IMG/VR virus record: IMGVR_UViG_3300027892_001695
Coordinates: 1 to 30,333 of that record
Origin: a virus
Lineage: Duplodnaviria > Caudoviricetes
Reading direction: 5' to 3' (one strand)
DNA: 30,333 nt
Shown here: positions 19,663 through 27,634 of the stretch, piece by piece
Layout: every line of letters begins with the position of its first letter
How positions within the stretch are numbered: the first letter of the stretch is position 1
Position numbers and translations under genes: made by a program
Notes under the pieces: generated by a model
Told to the model about the DNA's origin: nothing
Database searches by the model: none
What the model saw: only the letters and a program-made list of their open reading frames with translations

Positions 19663-20600
19663 TTGAGTGGGGGGTGAATGCCCTTAATCACGGTTCTAGT
19701 CTAGCTGTATTCAAGGACGGTAGTCTATGGTCCAACCAAGCGGGCTCTTCGGACGAGTTAGACAGCAAAATAATTACCGATGCCCTGCATGTTGGAGCAC
19801 CGGATCGTATCTTTTGGTACGAACGTCCCTGGATAAAGAAGGCAAGACAACTACGTGCAGGCCAATGGCATCGTGTCTTAGACATGTCCGTACTTCCACG
19901 CAAATACATGAAAGCGCAACATTATGCTCCGATCACTTATACTCCGCATCATGCTAGCCATGCAGCCGCAGGCTACTATACCAGTCCTTTTAATCATTGT
20001 GCTATTGTGGTACTCGACGCCATAGGTGAGTTTGAATGTGCTACCATATGGGAAGGCAAGCAAGGAGAAATGCGCAAAGTGTGGAGTAGAAGCTATCCAA
20101 ATAGTTTAGGATTATTTTACAGTGCATTTACACACGCTCTCGGAATGACTCCTATTCAAGATGAATATCAGTTACAACAAATGTCTGAAAAAGGCAATCC
20201 TAAAATTTTTTATTACAAAGTAAAGAAATATTTTACAGGTCTTTTAGAATTGAATTATAATTTTCACAAAGGTGTTAATGATCAAAAATTCTACATAGAT
20301 AGCATAGAAGACGAATGCAATCTTGCTGCCGCTGTTCAATTAGTGTTTGAAGAACAAATTGCATTGATTATGAATAAGGCAAAAGAACTAACTAATTCAG
20401 ATTGTTTAGTATACATGGGTGGATGTGCAATGAACAGCAAGGCAAATAAAAAAATTGTAGAGCCCATGTTTGAGTATCGTTGGTCATTGCCTAATCCAGG
20501 AGACCCTAGCAGTAGTATTGGAGCAGTATTGTATCACACTAAACAAAGAGAGCAAAAATACAACTTTGGTGTTGCAAAACATATAGAGATTCGTGTATAA
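19659..20600 (+). CDS. Carbamoyltransferase (NodU/CmcH family), N-terminal Kae1-like domain only
   Basis: HHASHAAAGYYTSPF, VLDAIGE, SLGLFYSAFT, MGGCAMNSKAN and PNPGDPSSSIGA; the ORF ends where the C-terminal YrdC-like domain should begin. Confidence 0.85.
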   Translation: MIEWGVNALNHGSSLAVFKDGSLWSNQAGSSDELDSKIITDALHVGAPDRIFWYERPWIKKARQLRAGQWHRVLDMSVLPRKYMKAQHYAPITYTPHHASHAAAGYYTSPFNHCAIVVLDAIGEFECATIWEGKQGEMRKVWSRSYPNSLGLFYSAFTHALGMTPIQDEYQLQQMSEKGNPKIFYYKVKKYFTGLLELNYNFHKGVNDQKFYIDSIEDECNLAAAVQLVFEEQIALIMNKAKELTNSDCLVYMGGCAMNSKANKKIVEPMFEYRWSLPNPGDPSSSIGAVLYHTKQREQKYNFGVAKHIEIRV

Positions 20601-20601
20601 T
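20572..20601 (+). promoter_or_regulatory. sigma70-type promoter
   Basis: TTGCAA (20572-20577), 18 nt, TATAAT (20596-20601); ATG at 20608. Confidence 0.65.
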
Positions 20602-20607
20602 AAAAGT

Positions 20608-21255
20608 ATGCAGAATCACAAGCACAATAAAAAATATCAAGTAGGGGATCAGTGGTTAATTGACACGCAGTACACTAGATACAAAGAGTTTCTTCCATTC
20701 TTAGATCGTGATTCAAGTGAAGACTATGGTCGTGAAACTGTAGCCCAACATGCTAGTCAGTACCCGTTATGGCACGATCCGGATCAAAGTGTAATGTTGG
20801 CATACCCAAAGAAGTACGGTGGAGACTTTGAAGCACATCCGTTGTGGCATACAGTAGCAGATGGTGCTTATAAGTGGACTAACCGAAAATTAAAAGAGAA
20901 TGGGATTGAATCTGAGATCCGACCAGTAATTAGTTGGTATATTGATTACAAAGAAGGTGGTTGGCAACCAATGCACACTCATTCTAAGAACTGTGTAACA
21001 CAGATTATCTACATGGATGCACAGACTCATAGTGTTAAAGTTAACGAAGCCAATGTACCAGAATTTGATGGTAAGGAAGCACAATGGGGTTCAATGTTTG
21101 CATTAATGGCCAGTAAGGATGAAACAAAATACGTGTCTTTCATGAATTGGCCTGGAAGATGTGTTTTAATGAGAGGCGATATATTCCACGGTGTGTATCC
21201 TGTTAAATCAGTACCACGTAGAAGTATTATTATTGATTATATAATTTTAACATGA
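20608..21255 (+). CDS. 2OG-Fe(II) oxygenase-like protein
   Basis: SWYIDYKEGGWQPMHTH, PGRCVL, HGVYP and RRSIIID fit the DSBH oxygenase pattern; start moved to ATG 20608. Confidence 0.7.
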   Translation: MQNHKHNKKYQVGDQWLIDTQYTRYKEFLPFLDRDSSEDYGRETVAQHASQYPLWHDPDQSVMLAYPKKYGGDFEAHPLWHTVADGAYKWTNRKLKENGIESEIRPVISWYIDYKEGGWQPMHTHSKNCVTQIIYMDAQTHSVKVNEANVPEFDGKEAQWGSMFALMASKDETKYVSFMNWPGRCVLMRGDIFHGVYPVKSVPRRSIIIDYIILT

Positions 21256-22733
21256 TAAAAAATTACGATTACGAAGTACAGAAATTATATCTTGAACTTA
21301 TGCTGGCAGACGCAGAAGTATTTGTTCGCTGTCAAGGTATTTTTGATCACACATTATTTGATCGCAAACTGCAAGATGCGGCAGAGTTTCTACATGAATA
21401 TGCCAAAGGGTATAATGTATTGCCAGACTATGAAATGGTCAATGCCACCTGCAGAGTTGACCTCAAACGTCCAGAGGACCTCAAAGAAGGACATATGGAT
21501 TGGTTTATGGATGAGTTTGAGAAGTTTACTCAACACAAGGCTCTTGAACGTGCAATTATACAATCAGCCGATCTATTAGAAAAACATGACTACGGTGCAG
21601 TAGAAGTATTGATCAAAGAAGCAGTACAGATTGGACTTGCTCGAGACATGGGCACAGATTACTTTGCTGATCCTCGTGGCCGATTGATGGGCATCAAGGA
21701 CAAGAACGGACAGGTAAGTACAGGTTGGCCGACAATGGATAAAAGATTGTTCGGTGGATTCAATCGAGGAGAACTGAATATCTTTGCAGGTGGATCTGGT
21801 GCAGGTAAGAGTTTGTTCTTGGCTAACTTGGGTGTGAACTTTGCACTTGCAGGATTGAACGTGGTTTATCTAACACTGGAACTTTCAGAAGCACTAGTTA
21901 GTATGCGTATTGATGCAATGCTAACAGGAATAGCAACCAAAGACATCTTCAAGGACCTAGATGATGTTGAAATGAAAGTCAAAATCATTGGCAAGAAATC
22001 TGGACTGTTACAGGTCAAGTACATGCCAAGTGGCAAGACTGCCAATGATATCCGTGCATATCTAAAAGAATATGAAATCAAAGTAGGTAAGAAAGTAGAT
22101 GTACTTCTAGTAGACTACTTAGACTTGTTGATGCCACTCAGCAAGAAGATTAGCCCAGCAGACTTGTTTATCAAAGACAAATATGTATCGGAAGAATTGC
22201 GTAACCTAGCAGTGGAAAAGAACTGTGTGTTCGTTACTGCGGCACAGTTAAATCGTGGTGCTGTTGAAGAAGTGGAGTTTGACCACAGTCATATCTCAGG
22301 TGGCTTGAGCAAGATTCAAACTGCAGATAATGTGTTTGGTATCTTTACCAGCAGGGCTATGCGTGAACGTGGACGCTATCAATTACAGTTGATGAAGACT
22401 CGTAGCTCAAGCGGAGTAGGCATGAAGATTGATCTTGAATTTAATCTTGAAAGTCTTAAGATTTCAGACTTGCCAGAGGACGAACAAGAACACAGTGGAG
22501 CAACATCTAGGGGTAGTAGTTCGATCATCGAATCTATTAAAAATAGATCAACAGTTGTAAAATCCGACGACCGGGCACAACCCAAAGAAGGATTTGACCC
22601 ATTTAATCCAACGCCTAATGCAGGTAGAGGATTAGACCCATCGCAAGGCACAGGCGTTGGAAAAGTTCGTGCTAACGTAGAATCCACAAAATTACGTGAA
22701 ATTTTAAATTCTATGGGTAATGATGAAGAGTAA
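21252..22733 (+). CDS. Replicative DNA helicase (T4 gp41/DnaB-like, SF4)
   Basis: STGW..MD..L.GGF.RGEL, GGSGAGKS (Walker A), TLELSE, VDYLDL (Walker B), TAAQLNR and MKTR. Confidence 0.93.
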   Translation: MIKNYDYEVQKLYLELMLADAEVFVRCQGIFDHTLFDRKLQDAAEFLHEYAKGYNVLPDYEMVNATCRVDLKRPEDLKEGHMDWFMDEFEKFTQHKALERAIIQSADLLEKHDYGAVEVLIKEAVQIGLARDMGTDYFADPRGRLMGIKDKNGQVSTGWPTMDKRLFGGFNRGELNIFAGGSGAGKSLFLANLGVNFALAGLNVVYLTLELSEALVSMRIDAMLTGIATKDIFKDLDDVEMKVKIIGKKSGLLQVKYMPSGKTANDIRAYLKEYEIKVGKKVDVLLVDYLDLLMPLSKKISPADLFIKDKYVSEELRNLAVEKNCVFVTAAQLNRGAVEEVEFDHSHISGGLSKIQTADNVFGIFTSRAMRERGRYQLQLMKTRSSSGVGMKIDLEFNLESLKISDLPEDEQEHSGATSRGSSSIIESIKNRSTVVKSDDRAQPKEGFDPFNPTPNAGRGLDPSQGTGVGKVRANVESTKLREILNSMGNDEE

Positions 22734-22959
22734 TAGACTTGAGCTGTATCATTGGCACACACGCATCGATGCACCGATTGAAGTCGATTGGCCCAACGTA
22801 CACAAAACTGTAGGAGTTGATCTAATAAGTTGGATTAACAAACAGCCCAAGGAAAAATGCCAGTTAGTTGTAGATAAACTCAACGACGATTTCAAACTCA
22901 TAGCAGAATTTTACGATCAACAAACACTACTAGCTTATCACTTAATGTGGGCTAAATAA
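22720..22959 (+). CDS. Hypothetical protein
   Basis: 79-aa ORF overlapping the helicase stop and filling the gap. Confidence 0.6.
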   Translation: MMKSNRLELYHWHTRIDAPIEVDWPNVHKTVGVDLISWINKQPKEKCQLVVDKLNDDFKLIAEFYDQQTLLAYHLMWAK

Positions 22960-22962
22960 TGA

Positions 22963-23673
22963 ATGCGCCTAAGAGAATTACAAGAACGATCAGATATAAT
23001 TACAGTTAATCGCCGTCTTAATCCCAAGATATGGGACGGTGATTCGCTCGACCCAGCAGTTGCACAAAAGCTCAAAGAAATTGCTGACGCATTTCAAGAG
23101 TTTATAGGCATTGATCTAGATGTAGTAGATTACACAATTACTGGATCAAACGCCAATTATACTTGGACTGATCACAGCGACCTAGATCTGCATCTTATTA
23201 TTCAAGGAGAGGTAGGAGAAGCGGCTCGCGAACTGTTCAATGCCAAAAAGGCACTCTGGGCAGAGCAACACAATATTACTATCAAGGGATTGCCTGTTGA
23301 ATGTTATGTTCAGGGCAAAGAAGAAGAACACCACAGTACCGGAGTGTATAGCATAGCTGACAATCGATGGCTGGTTGAACCTAAGAAAATAAAACCAGAA
23401 GTAGATGACAGTGCTGTGGAAGCTAAAAAAGATTCAGTCATCCATGATATCGAAACTGCCCTGTTAAGCAAGGATCTTAACAAGTTAAGAGCTGTTAAAG
23501 AAAAAATTACCAAGATGCGCAAAGCAGGATTGGAACGTGCAGGTGAGTGGTCGGTGGAAAACCTAGTTTTCAAAATACTAAGAAATTTGGGTCTTATTGA
23601 TGAAATTGCAGATAAGATTCGCGAACTAGAAGATCAAGAACTGAGTCTAGAACAAACTCAAGTGTTAATTTAG
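22963..23673 (+). CDS. Pol-beta superfamily nucleotidyltransferase
   Basis: ITGSNANY...SDLDLH (GS plus DxD) and third acidic residue in PVECY; CTAAATA 4 nt before the ATG. Confidence 0.8.
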   Translation: MRLRELQERSDIITVNRRLNPKIWDGDSLDPAVAQKLKEIADAFQEFIGIDLDVVDYTITGSNANYTWTDHSDLDLHLIIQGEVGEAARELFNAKKALWAEQHNITIKGLPVECYVQGKEEEHHSTGVYSIADNRWLVEPKKIKPEVDDSAVEAKKDSVIHDIETALLSKDLNKLRAVKEKITKMRKAGLERAGEWSVENLVFKILRNLGLIDEIADKIRELEDQELSLEQTQVLI

Positions 23674-24239
23674 TCTTTGTAAACAGTATTAAAACTAATA
23701 GTAATTCTGTTATCAGTTGAATTAACATCAGTGCTATGTTCTAACCAACTGGGAAATATTATTAACTTTCCGGGAACACAATCAATATCAAAATGGTTGG
23801 TACTATTAAAGTTTGGTTCTTGAACAAAATCAAACATCTTAAATGCTGCTATTGGACTGTGTAGAGTCAGTGGCACACTGCCCGGATCTGCATCAACATA
23901 AAATGCTCCAGACACAATGCTCATTTCGTGCCGGTGATTGTCAACTCGTTGACCCTTGCCCATCTTGTTAAACCAATTGCTAGAAATTGTAACTGGTTTA
24001 ATCCCCATGTTTGTAATATAACTATCAACACAGTCTTGTATACGCTGTTTAAATCCAGCAAGTTCTGCAATGTCTAAAAATTGTCGTTCATACAGATTAT
24101 AACTACTTTCTGCGCCGTGAAGCAGTCCGTGTGGTTTAGTTTTGTGAACTGCAATCAATTGTTTAATTAGGGGCAGGTCTGGATCTGTTGATAGATCGTA
24201 TTCTTGTATCACAGTGGGAAATAAATTAGCTTGTCTCAT
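23670..24239 (-). CDS. 2OG-Fe(II) oxygenase (TIGR02466-like)
   Basis: LFPTVI, WFN, HRH..SIVSGAFY, PGKLIIFPSWLEH and RITISFN. Confidence 0.88.
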   Translation of the reverse strand: MRQANLFPTVIQEYDLSTDPDLPLIKQLIAVHKTKPHGLLHGAESSYNLYERQFLDIAELAGFKQRIQDCVDSYITNMGIKPVTISSNWFNKMGKGQRVDNHRHEMSIVSGAFYVDADPGSVPLTLHSPIAAFKMFDFVQEPNFNSTNHFDIDCVPGKLIIFPSWLEHSTDVNSTDNRITISFNTVYKD

Positions 24240-25132
24240 TTAACGCCTTTAGTTATAGTTTTCGGCTTAATGCTGAAATCTTTGCTAATACCCATGCGCA
24301 CAGCCCAACTGGTCATGCCTTTTTCGAATCGTTTCTGTTTGGCATTAGCATCTACTACAAACGGGTTAATCTCTCGTTCAATCCATGCTCTATCATTAAT
24401 AGAGTCCGCTTGTATGATACCTTTCATATAACCGTCAACTAAATCCAATGTGGTATCATTGTGCAGTGCTTGACCTGCACGTGGCCCGAGAATGTTGTGA
24501 TTGCTAAGACACATGTGATTGTATCTAGGATCAATGCCTTTCCAATAGACTTGATTTTCATCTAATAGTGGATCCCAAAACTCATGCACCTGTATGTGAT
24601 CCATTAGATTGCCATTGGCCCAATTAAGCTCTTTAAATTGTCCAGCCTGTGCAACAGTTTGATCAAAGCATTTGATAACCAAGGGCCTGCGTAACTTTTG
24701 TCTGCGAGTTTGATAAGCCACATAGGCCATACGATTTTGTAAATGAAGTGTATCTAGCAAAGGTCGCTGTATGTATTGAATGAATCCCATGATAGCCTTG
24801 GCCTGATCCTTGGTTACAAATTCGTCTAGATCAGTTAGATGATGGTTGCTAACGTCTGGCTGTGTTTCAAAGTACCATTGACGATTGGGATGTGTCAATC
24901 CAATGATCAAATAATCGTCGGGTGTGATGCGCCCTGAATACAATTGATGTAATAAAAAACAACTAAAGTCTTGAGCACTGCCCATAACTGCTTTGGTATC
25001 AACTTCAACAGTCTTGCCTGATAGTCGTGACAGTTCATCAGCAGCCTGCTGAATCCACCAGGGTTTGATTTCTTCGTTCAACGGCGGAACCATAAAGCTA
25101 TCGCCTACCACGAATAATTTAGGATTTCTCAT
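24236..25132 (-). CDS. SGNH/GDSL-like hydrolase or acyltransferase (paralogue A)
   Basis: FVVGDSF, GSAQD, THPNR and D.RYNHMCLSNH. Confidence 0.6.
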   Translation of the reverse strand: MRNPKLFVVGDSFMVPPLNEEIKPWWIQQAADELSRLSGKTVEVDTKAVMGSAQDFSCFLLHQLYSGRITPDDYLIIGLTHPNRQWYFETQPDVSNHHLTDLDEFVTKDQAKAIMGFIQYIQRPLLDTLHLQNRMAYVAYQTRRQKLRRPLVIKCFDQTVAQAGQFKELNWANGNLMDHIQVHEFWDPLLDENQVYWKGIDPRYNHMCLSNHNILGPRAGQALHNDTTLDLVDGYMKGIIQADSINDRAWIEREINPFVVDANAKQKRFEKGMTSWAVRMGISKDFSIKPKTITKGVK

Positions 25133-26007
25133 TTGTTATTAGTGGTAATTCCACGACGGTTTTTCCAGGGCAACAAAGAATTTTTGTATTGCTTTCTATT
25201 GTCCAAGTTCCTAAGAGTAATTTCATAATCCAGTTCAGTCTGCTGGAATTCGATATTAGTTTCCCAATCATCGGGTATAATCTTTTCAACGAATCCAGAT
25301 GTAATATCAAGAACAGAGTCAGTGATCAATGCTGTGGCAATCTTTTCAGCGAGTATTTTATGATTGCTAAGACACATGTGATTGAATCTGCCGTCTAGCC
25401 CTCGCCAAAAAACATCAGCAACTTCACGATCCTTATCGGAAAATTCGCCACGTTGGATATCTTCAAACAAATTGCCCTTGGCCCAATTTAGTTCTTCAAA
25501 CTCTTCAGCATGCCCAATCATTTGATTAAAACAGTTGATCATCAACGGTCGATTGAGTTTTTGCTCGTTAACCATAAGAGCCAAATAGGCCATGCGATTG
25601 ATCAACAGCATTGTGTCTAAGTTAGGACGTTGTATGTGCTTGATAAACAGCTCAATAGCTGTGGCTTCTTCTTTAGTAACATGTCGATCTAAATCAATAA
25701 TGTTAACATTGGTCAGTTCGGGAAGTCTTTCTAGAAACCAATATCGACTGGGATGTGTTAGGGCAACAACAAGATAATCGTCAGGTCCTATAGCATTGTT
25801 AAAAAACCATTCCTGTAGTAGTCCCCAACAAAAGTCCTGTGCTGACCCAATCAATGATGAGTTGATTAAGTGTACTGGTTCCCCGTGATGCTGACTCAAC
25901 AGGTCTGCGGTAAGTCTATGCCAAGTGGGTGCGGATTCAGTTCCGGGCCTACAGGCAGCAAAGCTGTCGCCCAATATAAAAAGTTTACGTCCTGCGGGAT
26001 ATGTCAT
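25129..26007 (-). CDS. SGNH/GDSL-like hydrolase or acyltransferase (paralogue B)
   Basis: FILGDSF, GSAQD, THPSR and DGRFNHMCLSNH; collinear with paralogue A. Confidence 0.6.
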   Translation of the reverse strand: MTYPAGRKLFILGDSFAACRPGTESAPTWHRLTADLLSQHHGEPVHLINSSLIGSAQDFCWGLLQEWFFNNAIGPDDYLVVALTHPSRYWFLERLPELTNVNIIDLDRHVTKEEATAIELFIKHIQRPNLDTMLLINRMAYLALMVNEQKLNRPLMINCFNQMIGHAEEFEELNWAKGNLFEDIQRGEFSDKDREVADVFWRGLDGRFNHMCLSNHKILAEKIATALITDSVLDITSGFVEKIIPDDWETNIEFQQTELDYEITLRNLDNRKQYKNSLLPWKNRRGITTNNK

Positions 26008-26046
26008 ATTATTAATTATCTATTTTCTCATTCAGTGCGTATTTTA

Positions 26047-26105
26047 TTGATTTATGATAAGTATTCATGTATACTAGTATACACGACTCACAAGGACACT
26101 GTCAA
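26047..26105. promoter_or_regulatory. Overlapping divergent sigma70-type promoters sharing a 16-bp palindrome
   Basis: Palindrome TGTATACTAGTATACA at 26068-26083. Plus strand: TTGATT(26047)-N17-TATACT(26070). Minus strand: TTGACA(26105-26100)-N18-TATACT(26081-26076). Confidence 0.6.
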
Positions 26106-26107
26106 CC

Positions 26108-26545
26108 ATGCTGCACGAAATTAATGATCTAACCGACGAATTGCTTCGACTAATCAAGGACGATCCTGTGAGACCAGAAATTCCCCTAGATCAACGTGTC
26201 AATGGTAATAGCAAAATTTACGTGTTGCAAAATGACCAAGGTGATCCAATTGCAGTTACCTGTGTCAAGTTTCTCAGTGACATTCCCAAATCAGTTAACG
26301 AACTGACTGATCTTGCAGTTAATTCTAGTACTGCTGTGTTCTATACCATTTGGAGTTATGCTGCGGGTGCGGGCAAAGATCTTATCATGGCTGCTCAAAA
26401 GAACATTGAAGAAACCAAACCTGAAGTGAAAACTTTTGTTACGCTAAGTCCCAAGACAGAAATGGCCCGCAAGTTCCATCACAAGAACGGGGCCACTACA
26501 TTTAGAGAAAACGAAGACTCGATCAACTACCTATACAAAGGTTAA
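26108..26545 (+). CDS. GNAT-fold protein resembling the malonyl-CoA decarboxylase catalytic domain
   Basis: TAVFYTIWSY..GAGKDLI...KTFVTLSP resembles MCD AIFYSIS..GNFLIK..KTFxTLSP; ARKFHHKNG resembles the GNAT A..FY.K.G motif; AAGGA SD. Confidence 0.55.
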   Translation: MLHEINDLTDELLRLIKDDPVRPEIPLDQRVNGNSKIYVLQNDQGDPIAVTCVKFLSDIPKSVNELTDLAVNSSTAVFYTIWSYAAGAGKDLIMAAQKNIEETKPEVKTFVTLSPKTEMARKFHHKNGATTFRENEDSINYLYKG

Positions 26546-26730
26546 CGAGTTTGGTACAGTTCTACTTCACCAACCCACTGATCGCGACCCTGTAGGCCCA
26601 TGCGTTCAGCAAATTCGCGAGCTTGTGCTTCTGCCAGTGCAAGTTCACGCACTTCAGTGCCGTCTAGGAACTGTTGTACAATACGCTGTTTTGTACGTGA
26701 ATTACGAGCCATTATTTTGTAAGCCTGCAT
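26542..26730 (-). CDS. Hypothetical protein
   Basis: 62 aa; AAGGAG SD and CTAAATA (26749-26755) upstream. Confidence 0.7.
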   Translation of the reverse strand: MQAYKIMARNSRTKQRIVQQFLDGTEVRELALAEAQAREFAERMGLQGRDQWVGEVELYQTR

Positions 26731-26772
26731 GATATCTCCTTGATGAATTATTTAGCTGGGCATGCTTGTGAT

Positions 26773-26825
26773 GCCGAAGGCGCAGCGCAAATTTTTTTGT
26801 GCGTAGCACTAGCGCAAGATTTTTT
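26773..26825. repeat. Cluster of GNA-triloop mini-hairpins and GCGCAA-T-tract repeats
   Basis: GCC-GAA-GGC (26773-26781), GC-GCA-GC (26780-26786), GTGC-GTA-GCAC (26799-26809); AGCGCAA plus T-run at 26784 and 26811. Confidence 0.55.
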
Positions 26826-27048
26826 AGTCGAATAAAGTGCGCACTATTCTCGTCTGTTCAGGGTACATGATGAGCCACTGTGCAGCCAGCATTTCAGCAC
26901 TAAACAGGAGCCACCAATCTGTAGGAATTGCTGCGTTATACTGTTCTGTATGCGCATAACTGCGCGGCCAATACCGAACCTGCCGATCCCACGAGGTCAA
27001 GATCGTAACTTGCGCTAACACTAGAGGTTCAAGATAAACTAGCAACAT
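26824..27048 (-). CDS. Hypothetical protein
   Basis: 74 aa; TTAAATA (27057-27063) 8 nt upstream of the ATG. Confidence 0.55.
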   Translation of the reverse strand: MLLVYLEPLVLAQVTILTSWDRQVRYWPRSYAHTEQYNAAIPTDWWLLFSAEMLAAQWLIMYPEQTRIVRTLFD

Positions 27049-27063
27049 GCTAGTAGTATTTAA

Positions 27064-27633
27064 TTATTTTTTTGCTATTTGATAGTTTACGGTCATTACC
27101 ATGCGTGTTTCGTGCAAGGTAGGAGTAGAACTTGAATGATAATGTTGTCCCGGAAAGTCAAACCATAGGTTAGCAGTAGGTGCCTGTTCAAAGATCAAGC
27201 TAGGAGTCTTGGGCACAGGTTGTCGACGTGTTTCCCGATAAACCCTAGTAGGACCTGTACTAGAGTAGGGATACCATATGCCTGTGCGATGCTCCAGCAC
27301 AGGATGATCCACGTGAGGCGTGTGTACTATTTCTTCGGGAGTACGAGTGCTGAAGCCCAAGCGTATGCGCAACACACTAACAGGAGTTTCACCATTGAGA
27401 TCACACGCTCTAAATAACACCTGTAGAGCCGGCTCCCACAGAGTGCTTAGACCCTTGTCGTCTGCGCCGATAAGGTGACTGAAGCTGCCTGAGTATTCTG
27501 ATATACTGTCCAGATCGTCGGGGTTGGCTGTAAAGGGGCTGTAGAACCACTGTATAGCTTCGGGTGTCAAGCGTTCACGAGTATAGATATACTGACTAGG
27601 GCCTAGTAGGTTTTCATGCCGTCTAACTATCAT
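27064..27633 (-). CDS. 2OG-Fe(II) oxygenase-like protein
   Basis: HTPHVDH (HxD), FPGQHYHSSSTP and RMVMTVN; start moved to ATG 27633, immediately after the upstream stop. Confidence 0.75.
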   Translation of the reverse strand: MIVRRHENLLGPSQYIYTRERLTPEAIQWFYSPFTANPDDLDSISEYSGSFSHLIGADDKGLSTLWEPALQVLFRACDLNGETPVSVLRIRLGFSTRTPEEIVHTPHVDHPVLEHRTGIWYPYSSTGPTRVYRETRRQPVPKTPSLIFEQAPTANLWFDFPGQHYHSSSTPTLHETRMVMTVNYQIAKK

Positions 27634-27634
27634 G

